From positions 1 to 55,279 of IMG/VR virus record IMGVR_UViG_3300019768_000001: 55,279 nucleotides of DNA. The stretch is one strand, 5' to 3'. Origin of the DNA: a virus (lineage: Duplodnaviria; Caudoviricetes). The notes beneath the pieces were generated by a model, which was given only the letters and a program-made list of their open reading frames with translations, was not told the DNA's origin and did no database searches. This document shows, piece after piece, positions 30,101 through 38,742 of this stretch. Every line of letters begins with the position of its first letter. Position 1 is the stretch's first letter. The position numbers and the translations under genes were made by a program.

Positions 30101-30624
30101 TACCCCTTAGTGCTACTTGCTATTGTTGATTTAACTTCCGCTTCTCGCTCTGGATCAATATCAGGTATCAACCCGAAGTGCTTGGCCAAAGCTATTGCGT
30201 CGTCTTTATTAAAATCTATCTCATCAGCCCCATTATCAATTTCTATTCTAACAACGAAATCATTTTTACCCGTCAGAACTGCACGACCAATATCCACGTC
30301 TTCAAACTCATGATTCTCAATACTCATAACCTACCCCTTAAAACTTCACGATTAACCGTTAATAGCTCGTTCTGCCGCACCTTGGCCATTATCACGATCA
30401 AAACCAAATACACTAAGCTGATCACCCTCAAGATTTACCTTCATTACACGGCCCTTGAGGTAGTCAAACCGAAGCCCTTCCTTATCGATAATTTCTTGCG
30501 CCTGATCTACCGTCATCTCTGAAGGATCAAAGTGAAGTATACCCATACCTAAAGGCTTGCTTGCGTTATAAAGATTCGCTAAAACTTCAGCTTTATTCTT
30601 TCCTGTGATATTTAATTTTGACAT
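30100..30624 (-). CDS. Two hypothetical genes (30352..30624, 30100..30327)
   Basis: First has VLA.LYN.S.P.GMG...FDYL.GRVMKV...DRDNG.GAA conserved phage motif. Confidence 0.6.
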
Positions 30625-30840
30625 CTCTATTACCCCTCAAAATGAATCCCCAGCTTATCACCTGGGATTTTAATTGGTATTAGACGTTAGTCTTTTTATC
30701 TCGCTTAAACTCAGTACACCGGACGATATTTGTACCGTCCTTCTCTCGACTGATCATCGGCATTTCATCAAACTTTAAACCGCTACAGTCTTTGTGCTTA
30801 TTGACGCATACGGCGCACATGCCGCCCTTGGGTTGGTGGC

Positions 30841-31563
30841 TCACTTGTCGCCCTCCAGATAATAACTTTCGTGCTTAGACCATTGCTCAGACACCCATGT
30901 AACACCTTTAGGTGTGAACTTGGCTTGCTTGTATGCGTGGCCGGTATCACCTGCATCAGTGACACCTGTTTTTACTTCAAATCGACCTGCATCAATATGG
31001 TTTTGATATGGCACCCAGTCACCGGCCAGCTTATACATGATTTTCTGATCGGTTAGGAATCGACGGAATACAGGCTCTTTTACAAATAGCAGCTTACAGA
31101 CTTCACGAAACCCCATTAGGCCAGTGGCTTCGACATACTTTTCTTTGAACTCGATAGCCGGTTTAGCCTCTTCCAGTTTTTCAAGGGCGATCTGTTTTTG
31201 CTCAGCTTCATCAGCCCAAGCACGGGCAGCAGCAACAGGGTCTGAGAAGTCTGGTAAAGTAGGTTTATCATTATTCTGAAGGCTAGACACCCACTCACGA
31301 ACGCGACGCCTTACGGTCTTGGATTCTCGCATACCAACCTGTAGAGCCTGATCTCTATCAATTAGCGCACATTTCGACTCTGTATTGTTCATATTTTGAA
31401 CAACGAAAGTTTCGTAGTGTTCACCTTCAAGCTCGTCCTCTACTTTTGCGATAAAATCCGCAGGTCTTACCGGTTTCTCGCTAGCCTCTTTTCGGAAAAC
31501 GTTTATCACGTTAAGTAAATCAACAGTACTAATTAAACCGTCACTTACAACTAAGTCATTCAT
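30841..31563 (-). CDS. Antirepressor, KilA-C domain
   Basis: LPDFSDPVAAARAWADE linker; PYQ.HID.GRFEVK...FTPKG. Confidence 0.85.
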   Translation of the reverse strand: MNDLVVSDGLISTVDLLNVINVFRKEASEKPVRPADFIAKVEDELEGEHYETFVVQNMNNTESKCALIDRDQALQVGMRESKTVRRRVREWVSSLQNNDKPTLPDFSDPVAAARAWADEAEQKQIALEKLEEAKPAIEFKEKYVEATGLMGFREVCKLLFVKEPVFRRFLTDQKIMYKLAGDWVPYQNHIDAGRFEVKTGVTDAGDTGHAYKQAKFTPKGVTWVSEQWSKHESYYLEGDK

Positions 31564-31567
31564 AATA

Positions 31568-31690
31568 AAATTCCATAAAAAAAGTCAGAGCAATCTCCCG
31601 GGTCGAAGAGGGTATACAGGAACCCACCGGAAAAATACTCTGACTATTTGTACCTGTATTTCAAATCACCACAGGCTTCGACACCATTTT
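31568..31690 (-). ncRNA. C4-antisense-like leader RNA of antirepressor 1
   Basis: Upstream GTCGAAG and TACAGG have complements CCTGTA and CTTCGAC in the loops of a long AGTCAGAG/CTCTGACT stem ending in a T run. Confidence 0.55.
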
Positions 31691-31924
31691 GCGATAACTC
31701 GAATTGAACTTAAATTATACCATCGTCTTAACCGGCTAACTATTCGACTTTATCGACAGGTTTACCGGGGTTTCTTTCGATTTTAGCACAGTGAAAGGTA
31801 TTCTTGCCGACGTAGAACCGGCCAAGCCTAATACATTCGTTAGCTATTGTGTTGTGCGCGATCACATACCCGATTACAGTACCGACAAATACCCACCAAA
31901 ACGCTTCATACCCCATATAACCAC

Positions 31925-32164
31925 CTAAATATTATCCCGAACTTTTAAACTATTTCCGCACAAATATAAACTTGGATGAGATTTCTTTAGCCTGCAAGCA
32001 ACTTTCCATGCCCTGCCTGCATTATTCCTTGCCTGCTGCTTTGGATTTATTGGTAATCCAAGGTGAAACAATCCCGAACGGTAAAAACTTTGGTTAAAGT
32101 AAGCTTTATGATTATTACTGCCGTCTTTCCACCACGTATTCCACAGATCATCTAAATTACTCAT
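31925..32164 (-). CDS. Hypothetical protein
   Basis: GGAG RBS. Confidence 0.45.
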   Translation of the reverse strand: MSNLDDLWNTWWKDGSNNHKAYFNQSFYRSGLFHLGLPINPKQQARNNAGRAWKVACRLKKSHPSLYLCGNSLKVRDNI

Positions 32165-32357
32165 ATCTCCACCCCTTCAAGCTCTACAGGCCCATAAAAC
32201 TTACCCTTTAACTCTTTTCGATTCAAACAGTCGTCCAACTCGTCGATGATACCCGGATGGTCTTTATTAACCCATACAACACGGGGCTAACCGTCCGGCA
32301 TTTTCCAGATATACATCATATCCGGTTCAAGATCTTCTTTGCTTACTTGTGGTAGCT

Positions 32358-32588
32358 TCATTGCTTTACTCTCCCCTCTTCTAGCTCAATTGCCCGCGCT
32401 ATCGCGTCGCGCGCCTCGTTTAAATCCTGCATCGTATCGCCTTTTCCGCGAATACCAGAACACAGCAGCTTCTTAATGGCGTGCTGCCGCGCAGGGCAGC
32501 TAACTTTGAACGCTTCCAGCACACAATAAACGTCAACCTTGCCGTCGATTAGTTGGATTTCTCTGTGGTACTTGTTTCCGCTTGTCAT
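32358..32588 (-). CDS. Conserved phage protein (DUF3310-related)
   Basis: VDVY.VL.AF.V..PA.QHA.KKLLC.G.RG..D..QDL.EA motif. Confidence 0.7.
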   Translation of the reverse strand: MTSGNKYHREIQLIDGKVDVYCVLEAFKVSCPARQHAIKKLLCSGIRGKGDTMQDLNEARDAIARAIELEEGRVKQ

Positions 32589-32831
32589 TTAAAACCCGCC
32601 CTTGTAGTGAAGATACAACAACCGACTCAGCACGCGGCCAGACCTCCCTGTTACTTTCTTTTCCATTTTCTCAGCGTGATTAATGGTCAGATTTGGATCG
32701 TATGCGGGGCACCCAAAAAAGCTATCTTCACCTAGAAACCGTTTATCACCGCCTTCATTATTCCAAGTGGGATCTACCTTGGCTTTTACATGGTCACAGT
32801 GACGCTCGCTTAACTCTAAAATTGTACTCAT
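32589..32831 (-). CDS. Hypothetical protein
   Basis: ORF abutting downstream gene. Confidence 0.45.
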   Translation of the reverse strand: MSTILELSERHCDHVKAKVDPTWNNEGGDKRFLGEDSFFGCPAYDPNLTINHAEKMEKKVTGRSGRVLSRLLYLHYKGGF

Positions 32832-32886
32832 TGCTTAACCCTATATGACTATTGGTGGATTATCTGAGTAAAAGGTGTAAGAACCC

Positions 32887-33315
32887 CTATCTCCAGTCTG
32901 TATCGTCCTTGTTTGATTTGCCTATATTGCAGTCATCACAAAGAATTTGCAGGTTATCAATATCAAGCTCTAACTCAGGTCTAAGCGATCTAGGCTTTAT
33001 GTGATCGACATGAATAACTACGCCATCTTTAGCGCCCCTCCCGCACAACATGCATTTTCCGCCGTGATTCGACAGAACTTTATATCGAAGCTCTCGCCAG
33101 TCTCTACTTTTGAAAAAATCAGAACCAGACGATCCGTAGGTAAATGGAACTGGATTCTTCTCACCGGTAAGACGGTTAAGATTCCTGGTAAGTTGGCGCA
33201 GAGAATCCTTTACACCCCTTGGATTGTCGTAAAATCCAGATTCAAGCAGCTTTGTTTTCTGCTCTATCTTGAACCTTAACGTCTTCGCTCGTTCTTCTTT
33301 GCTTTTTCTTGCCAT
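32887..33315 (-). CDS. HNH endonuclease
   Basis: WRELRY.VL...CMLCG...HVDHIKPRS..PELEL...NLQILC..CN.GKSN. Confidence 0.9.
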   Translation of the reverse strand: MARKSKEERAKTLRFKIEQKTKLLESGFYDNPRGVKDSLRQLTRNLNRLTGEKNPVPFTYGSSGSDFFKSRDWRELRYKVLSNHGGKCMLCGRGAKDGVVIHVDHIKPRSLRPELELDIDNLQILCDDCNIGKSNKDDTDWR

Positions 33316-33716
33316 TTCAGACCACCTTTATTTTCTTGTTTATATATATCCAGAGTAGGTTTCTAGGTTTAGATAGGCATAACAACTCTAAGGAAACCAA
33401 TATTAATCAGTTAACCTTAGCTGTTATACCTGATATATCCGTCGTAGTGTGTCTTAGGATATCAAGGCAGTCTATTCGATCATGGTCTAATAAACTTAGG
33501 TCAGTATGGTCAATGAACCACCAGAGTCATGCGCTAGACCTACACCTGTTAAGGCAACTCTTAGGCGCTCCCGCTTGCTCTCTGTGCCATGTAGCGGGAT
33601 TGTCACCAGTACGCACCGGTTTTAACCGACATACTGGTCTAGCTGATTACGTGGGATTGCTCGGAGTAATCCCTTTAACCGTTTCTGGCTTCGGGACGTG
33701 GGGCGGGATTTCAGGC

Positions 33717-33815
33717 ATAAAAAAAGGTCTTTTAGGTGTGCCCCTGTGAGAGGAAGCGGAATTAACCGCAAAGACACACTTAAAAAACCTTTCTCGCTAT
33801 CTGGCTCTCACCCCA
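33717..33815 (-). ncRNA. C4-antisense-like element
   Basis: GTGAGAG/CTCTCAC and AGCG/CGCT complements around a long stem ending in a T run. Confidence 0.45.
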
Positions 33816-34007
33816 ATCAGCACTAACAATTATACTTTATGGTTAGATTTAATCAACAAATCTTTGAAGCACACCCTGCGGGGTTAATTGCCACCGGCGG
33901 TGCTTGGCCCCGATAGCAAAAACAGGATGCGCCCCAAAGCCCCTAAGAATCTTCATTATGAACCGCAATAGTTACTTTGCAATTAGCCTTTGGTATAATT
34001 GATAAAT

Positions 34008-34115
34008 CGGCTTCGCACCCGTATATTTCAACAGTTAAAAATAGGAATTGCATTCTAGCTTTGGGCTACTGTTGGCCGTGCGAACAAAGCTTTGATTGCA
34101 ATTCCTTTTTTTTTG
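34008..34115 (+). ncRNA. C4-antisense-like leader RNA of antirepressor 2
   Basis: TTCGCAC/GTGCGAA and CAACAGT/ACTGTTG complements; AGGAATTGCA/TGCAATTCCT stem plus T run. Confidence 0.55.
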
Positions 34116-34125
34116 GAGTTTTTCC

Positions 34126-34815
34126 ATGAACGATTTAGTTTTACCCGCCAATACACAGACAATGACCAGCCTAGAGCTGCGCGATATTATCAATAGCTCT
34201 CGCCAGAGCAGCAATGAACCCAAGGTTCGCAATGATCAGCTTATTGATAGAATTAAAGATGAGCTTGAAGGTGAATTAGGGGTATGCAAAAAAATTGCAC
34301 ACCCCCAAAGCGGCGTTGAAATGAAATACTACGACCTGACGATTGATCAATGCACCCTGGTTGGTATGCGTGAATCTAAGTCTGTCCGCCGTAACGTGCT
34401 GGCAAAGCTTAAAGAGCTGGAATCAGGCCAGAAAAAGATACCTCAGTCTTTCGCAGAGGCTCTACAACTTGCAGCAGACCAAGCCCTTCAGATTGAGCAG
34501 CAGGAGCAACAACTCGCCATTGCAGCCCCGAAGGTGGACTTTTACGATACTGTTACAGGGTCAGATGATACCGTTGACATGCTTGGAGCGGTGAAAGTGC
34601 TTAACCTTGGCTACGGACGCACTACCCTATTCAAAAAACTGCGCGAGAAAAAGGTTCTGCGTAAGAGCAATCAGCCGTACCAGCGGTATATTGATTCTGG
34701 ATATTTCCGAGTTGTCGAGTCAACTTGGACTGATGATAAAGGCGATTCTCACGTACACTTTAAAACAGTGGTATACCAGAAGGGCTTAGACTACATCAAA
34801 AAGATTCTGGCCTAG
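34126..34815 (+). CDS. Antirepressor, KilA-C domain (start MNDLVLP)
   Basis: MTSLEL N-terminus, PQSFAEALQLAAD linker, APKVDFYD...PYQRYIDSGYF..KG. Confidence 0.85.
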   Translation: MNDLVLPANTQTMTSLELRDIINSSRQSSNEPKVRNDQLIDRIKDELEGELGVCKKIAHPQSGVEMKYYDLTIDQCTLVGMRESKSVRRNVLAKLKELESGQKKIPQSFAEALQLAADQALQIEQQEQQLAIAAPKVDFYDTVTGSDDTVDMLGAVKVLNLGYGRTTLFKKLREKKVLRKSNQPYQRYIDSGYFRVVESTWTDDKGDSHVHFKTVVYQKGLDYIKKILA

Positions 34816-34861
34816 TAGAAACAAAGAAGCCCTACAAGTGAGGGCTTTTTATACTTTATGG

Positions 34862-35104
34862 CTAGACTTTTTCAACAAGTTCGAATGTTTTTATTGTTTC
34901 TGCAATATGGAAGTGGCCATCATACTTGTAACCTGGCGTTTTATGGTCAGCCAAAACCTTATCAGGGAATCTACGCATAAACTCTTTCGTTGAATAATCA
35001 TGGCCTGACACCACTTCACCTGTAAGCCTTGTTTCTTCAGTGTACTTAACCTCAAACCCAAGCTTCTCACATAGCGCAATTAACAACTTCATTTCATCGC
35101 TCAC
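34862..35104 (-). CDS. Hypothetical protein
   Basis: ORF with RBS. Confidence 0.5.
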   Translation of the reverse strand: MSDEMKLLIALCEKLGFEVKYTEETRLTGEVVSGHDYSTKEFMRRFPDKVLADHKTPGYKYDGHFHIAETIKTFELVEKV

Positions 35105-35124
35105 AATACACCCCTTATTTATGG

Positions 35125-35349
35125 CTAGCCTTTGGCAAGCTCTTCAGCTAACCATTTGGAATAATTTGCCGCCTTCTCTGCGTCACGCACAGGGTTGTCG
35201 GGCGTTTTATGCATCATTCGACACTGATATTTAAGCGCATTGCCCAGCAAATAACCCTGATACTGCTCTGGTGTCAGCTTGGCCTTAATCACATCAAGCG
35301 TTTCGATACCACCTGCATCGTAGTAGCTGCTTTTTACGTCTTTGCTCAT
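35125..35349 (-). CDS. DUF3310 protein
   Basis: Y..GGIETLDVI...GYL.GNALKY..R..HK...D.EKA..Y. Confidence 0.8.
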   Translation of the reverse strand: MSKDVKSSYYDAGGIETLDVIKAKLTPEQYQGYLLGNALKYQCRMMHKTPDNPVRDAEKAANYSKWLAEELAKG

Positions 35350-35672
35350 ATCAATCTTTTCCTTCCTTGATTACCACAACAGTTGGCGCTGGAGGCTCAG
35401 GCTTCGCTTTAAATATGAAGTACAAAATAATATTAATCAGGATCAGAGGCGGAAACAGAAACAGCTCAATGATACCGGTAAAAATCAACAACAAATTCCA
35501 TAAAATACGCATCACTTTTCCACCTTTTCAACTGGATTTCTTGCTCGAGGCAATCGCTTGTCTATAAAGTTCATCCATATATCACCAATACACCCAATAA
35601 AAAGAAGAGGCACTATTGGCGCTATAAGAATAAATCTTATAGCCCACCAGCCAACTACGATTTTACCACTGC

Positions 35673-35876
35673 TCATTTTTCCACCATTTCACATTTTGCC
35701 GTGCTTGTTACTGACTCAACACCTAGCAGCCTGGACACATCAACAGAAGGCCAATATAGGAAGTTTTCCGCCACCCTTTGGCATTTATCAAGATCATAGT
35801 AAACGGTCTTGCTGATCGATGGAGAGTTGATATAGCCGGTTAAATTAAGCGTTAGAGTCAGGGCTAGTATTATCAT
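35673..35876 (-). CDS. Small exported/membrane protein
   Basis: Signal-like N-terminus, two Cys; its GAGG RBS lies inside attC-like site D. Confidence 0.5.
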   Translation of the reverse strand: MIILALTLTLNLTGYINSPSISKTVYYDLDKCQRVAENFLYWPSVDVSRLLGVESVTSTAKCEMVEK

Positions 35877-35878
35877 TG

Positions 35879-35929
35879 CAATAACACCTCAATAACATAG
35901 ACCTTCGGCTATGTATTTCTCTGTTATAT
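35879..35929 (+). mobile_element. attC-like site D
   Basis: CAATAAC-acctc-AAT(A)ACATAG(A)CC-ttc-GGCTATGTATT-tctct-GTTATAT; two bulged bases on the L'' arm. Confidence 0.8.
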
Positions 35930-35931
35930 TG

Positions 35932-36057
35932 TTAAAACTCTAACATGGTATATTTTCTGCACTCCCAGAATCCTGGCGGTGTAGTCCAGTCGGCCCAGCG
36001 TCTGCGGACAAAAACTTTAAATTTAACGCCTTTATGTGTTCTGTATACAAGCTCCAT
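35932..36057 (-). CDS. Cassette ORF, 41 aa (MELVYRTHKGVKFKVFVRRRWADW...)
   Basis: Fills the segment between sites C and D; not in track. Confidence 0.45.
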   Translation of the reverse strand: MELVYRTHKGVKFKVFVRRRWADWTTPPGFWECRKYTMLEF

Positions 36058-36068
36058 GACAACCCTAA

Positions 36069-36130
36069 ATATAACAATGCAATCAAACAGATAACTCGTA
36101 ACCTCGTTACTCGTTATCGCCGGGTTATGT
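36069..36130 (+). mobile_element. attC-like site C
   Basis: ATATAAC-aatgc-AATCAAAC...GATAAC/GTTATC and GTAAC/GTTAC inner stems...GTTATGT; L pairing imperfect. Confidence 0.7.
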
Positions 36131-36313
36131 TACCTTTTTAATATTTAGTGTAATTTCCACCAGTTCAGTGTTTTCTCTATCATGCTTGTCTGCTACTTTT
36201 TTTAGGTATCGCCTAGCTGGTGTAGCGCTATCAAATATAAGCATGTTTTGGTTTTCTCCATCAACTCTAATCTGTTTCGTTTTACTATCAATCAGTACAA
36301 ATGAACTTTTCAT
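36125..36313 (-). CDS. Cassette ORF, 62 aa (MKSSFVLIDSK...)
   Basis: GAGG RBS; stop TAA lies within the R box of site C. Confidence 0.55.
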   Translation of the reverse strand: MKSSFVLIDSKTKQIRVDGENQNMLIFDSATPARRYLKKVADKHDRENTELVEITLNIKKVT

Positions 36314-36340
36314 TTTTTTAAGCCTCTTGTGTTTTCGGTA

Positions 36341-36399
36341 ACATAACAAGTAAAATCAAAGCTGACGCGCTACGCTTGAAGTTTATTTGGTGGTTATGC
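36341..36399 (+). mobile_element. attC-like site B
   Basis: ACATAAC-aagtaa-AAT(C)AAAG...GCG-tac/cta-CGC...GTTTATT-tggtg-GTTATGC; resembles site F. Confidence 0.75.
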
Positions 36400-36555
36400 G
36401 CCAAGCTCGGCAATACACCCAAGCAGCACAATTCTAAACAGCTCTGGTTTATCTCTATGCCAGTTGCCTAGTGTTTGTAGGCTTTGTCCTGTTAGCTCAG
36501 ATACTTGCGACAGGCTTTTAAGGCCAGCCGCTTTTGCTTGCTGTGATGGGGTCAT
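36394..36555 (-). CDS. Cassette ORF, 53-aa HTH-like protein (MTPSQQAKAAGLKSLSQVSELTG...)
   Basis: Not in track; ATGA-coupled to upstream ORF; stop in R box of site B; paralog of 18134..18322. Confidence 0.6.
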   Translation of the reverse strand: MTPSQQAKAAGLKSLSQVSELTGQSLQTLGNWHRDKPELFRIVLLGCIAELGA

Positions 36556-36764
36556 AGCAACCCCCGCTTCTCAGCATCTTTTAAAAATTCGTCTTGCTGC
36601 TCGACTGTCATGTGGCCAGCTATAGCAAGCTGCACTAATGCCATTAGGCGGTCGTCTTCCAGCTCACCTGCAAATTCTTTAAACATACCGTTTAGTTTGT
36701 TTGATCTTACTAGGCCGTCATTAATCATTTTATTTTGCTCCGTTGCGTTAGTTAGTAAGTACAT
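36552..36764 (-). CDS. Cassette ORF (likely start 36728, MINDGLVRSN...)
   Basis: GGAG RBS before ATG at 36728. Confidence 0.5.
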   Translation of the reverse strand: MYLLTNATEQNKMINDGLVRSNKLNGMFKEFAGELEDDRLMALVQLAIAGHMTVEQQDEFLKDAEKRGLL

Positions 36765-36829
36765 TGTTACAAACTATTTGCTCCTTGCCTAGTCTTTTTG
36801 CAAATTACTTTAAATTAATTGTAGAAAGC

Positions 36830-36882
36830 GCATAACAAAGCAAGGCAATCGGATGCAAGCACCGTTGCTCGCAAAGATTATT
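36830..36882 (+). mobile_element. attC-like site A (degenerate R')
   Basis: GCATAAC-aaagc-AAGGCAATCGG(A)TGC-aa-GCACCGTTGCTC-gcaaa-GATTATT; shares AACGGTGC..TCCGATT core with site E. Confidence 0.65.
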
Positions 36883-37312
36883 TGCTCTATTTGATGCGCC
36901 GACTATTTACCAATCAGCACATCGAATAAAACGCCCTGCCGCAGGAATCCGGGCCAGACCATGAAAAGAGGAAAAATATCAAAACCCCTTGCCTGCTTGC
37001 ACATTGATTCGGCTCTGTGTGCTCCACTGGAGATTCCGCGCATCATGTAAATCCAATGGACGGCAGCTTCAAAGCTACACAAAGCTAATTATCGCGGACA
37101 TAATGCCAGATCCGCGCCCTGATATAGGGTATTAATGTGACTGTTAGCGCCACCCTCCCCGCTGTGACAATATTGTCGGAAAGGTGACGCTAAGGAATGC
37201 GCTCTGTCGTTCCCATAATTTTATACACAACCACAATGCAATTTATTGAACAAACACACTTTGGTTAATGTTTAAGTTATGGCAAAGCGCATTATTTAGC
37301 GCAACTAACAGT

Positions 37313-37531
37313 CTACGGCAAGCTATCTTCGAGCTCCTTTTTTTCATCTTCGTCTATCAATCCTTTTTCGTACATTTCAACAATAAAACCATTAAACCCG
37401 CTGACAATATTGGTAAAATAACGACTTGAAACATGCGGGCCTAAACAAACCACTACAGGAATAAGAATCGCCGCTAAAATAGCGAATACAGCAAGATTAA
37501 AAAATAACCATGCCCCTATTATATTTTTGAT
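37313..37531 (-). CDS. 72-codon membrane protein ORF with ATC at the start position
   Basis: AAGGAGG RBS, then ATC-AAA-AAT..., TM helix, acidic tail, TAG. Confidence 0.45.
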   Translation of the reverse strand: MKNIIGAWLFFNLAVFAILAAILIPVVVCLGPHVSSRYFTNIVSGFNGFIVEMYEKGLIDEDEKKELEDSLP

Positions 37532-37549
37532 ACCGCCTCCTTGTTTAAT

Positions 37550-37620
37550 TGGCAGCCCTATCAGGAATCGAACCTGAATCGTTACAAATCAGCCACACTG
37601 ATACAGATGACGGCGCTCGT
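37550..37620 (-). ncRNA. tRNA-derived fragment (T arm + acceptor 3' strand + CCA)
   Basis: TCAGG-TTCGATT-CCTGA-TAGGGCT-G-CCA; no recognisable D or anticodon arm. Confidence 0.45.
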
Positions 37621-37732
37621 ACACCGCGAAATAACGACACAACCAGGATGGCAATTGATCTTATATGCTAATTTTTCAGACGAGCATAATTAATGATTGA
37701 TCATTGCCGCCCTATAATGTTCGGGCTTTAAA

Positions 37733-37809
37733 TGGGGCCACAAACGGGACTCGAACCTGCGACCTCTCGCTTAGGAGTCGAGCGTTCTATCCAACTGAAC
37801 TAATAGCGC
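37733..37809 (-). tRNA. tRNA-Arg(CCT)-like, acceptor stem poorly paired (possible pseudo-tRNA)
   Basis: GTTC-AGTTGGATA-GAAC D arm, CTCCTAA anticodon loop, GGTTCGAGTCC T loop, encoded CCA; about 3 acceptor mismatches. Confidence 0.6.
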
Positions 37810-37814
37810 TTAAG

Positions 37815-37888
37815 AGCTGAAGGCCGGATTCGAACCGACGCAATACCAATGCGAACAAAGGCGGGTTTTCCAGTTTCCCCACTTCAGC
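37815..37888 (-). ncRNA. tRNA-like element with aberrant anticodon arm
   Basis: Perfect GCTGAAG/CTTCAGC acceptor, GGG/CCC D stem, GTCGG-TTCGAAT-CCGGC T arm; anticodon stem does not pair; no CCA. Confidence 0.55.
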
Positions 37889-38230
37889 TTAAATTGACCA
37901 GACTCTTCTCAGAGTGTAGAGGAATGTTAGATAACCCCTAACCGGGTAGATTATCACCTCCTTACTTCGCCCCGTGATATTAGAATTAAAACGGTTACAG
38001 CTTTTCGGTTGGCTAAATACAGTAAAATTATGAGGCTGCACCTATCATCTTTTCAGACCTGATGGATAGCCAGGAGTCTTTCCATGTAAGATTTTTGGCG
38101 ACTCTTTAACGTGCTATTTCCTTCCCGTTGCCCTTCACTGTATTGGTGTAGGCACCTGCCAAATTGATCCAGTTAGGAGCGTCCATCAGCAGAAACCTAC
38201 CCAATACACACCGCTTAGCCGGTGAATCTA

Positions 38231-38392
38231 TGCATTAAAAATCAAGCTGAAGACCAAATTCCCAACCGATGATCGCGTCTACCTAATGACGCCTACTCAG
38301 GCTGCAGCCTGCTTATAGCCCACCCCGTCGACTAGGAGGGTGCCAGCGCCATGTATACTCACAACACTGAAAACAGCTTGATTTTTAATGCA
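38231..38392. repeat. 19-bp perfect inverted repeat enclosing a structured interior
   Basis: TGCATTAAAAATCAAGCTG ... CAGCTTGATTTTTAATGCA. Confidence 0.8.
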
Positions 38393-38742
38393 CACTGGTT
38401 ACGCCAGTGAATCGGATTTACTCTTATCTGATTGTGCTTTATTGGCCCGCACTTACCGCCGTAGTGGTCTAACGTTATCCTAACCATATTCAACCTGTTC
38501 AACTGCACCAGGCTTATGAATAGGCATCCAACTTTTTGACATTGGATCAGGTCTTTCTCTATGGCGATTCATACAGGCAAGTTGCAATAAAAATAATAAC
38601 ATCTCACCTTCCTTGTTAAGTCTGCCAGATTAACCGCTGGCAGCTCCGGTTTTGTCGGGTAACTCCGGCAACGAATGGCAACCCGCTGCCTGCAAAACAA
38701 TAATAGCAAATTAATTTAAACAGGTGGTATTAGACGTTGGTA

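Noticed and set aside
33377-33429. GCATAAC...GTTATAC hairpin as a ninth attC
   Set aside because: Spacers are asymmetric and too short, there is no L-box bulge pattern, and it is not at a cassette-like ORF boundary.
33309-33749. 146-aa plus-strand ORF
   Set aside because: No clear RBS, opposes local gene direction, overlaps a C4-like element, and has no recognisable motif.
35879-36882. CRISPR array interpretation of the recurring hairpins
   Set aside because: Repeats are divergent, intervening segments are 140-430 bp and contain ORFs, and no cas genes are present.
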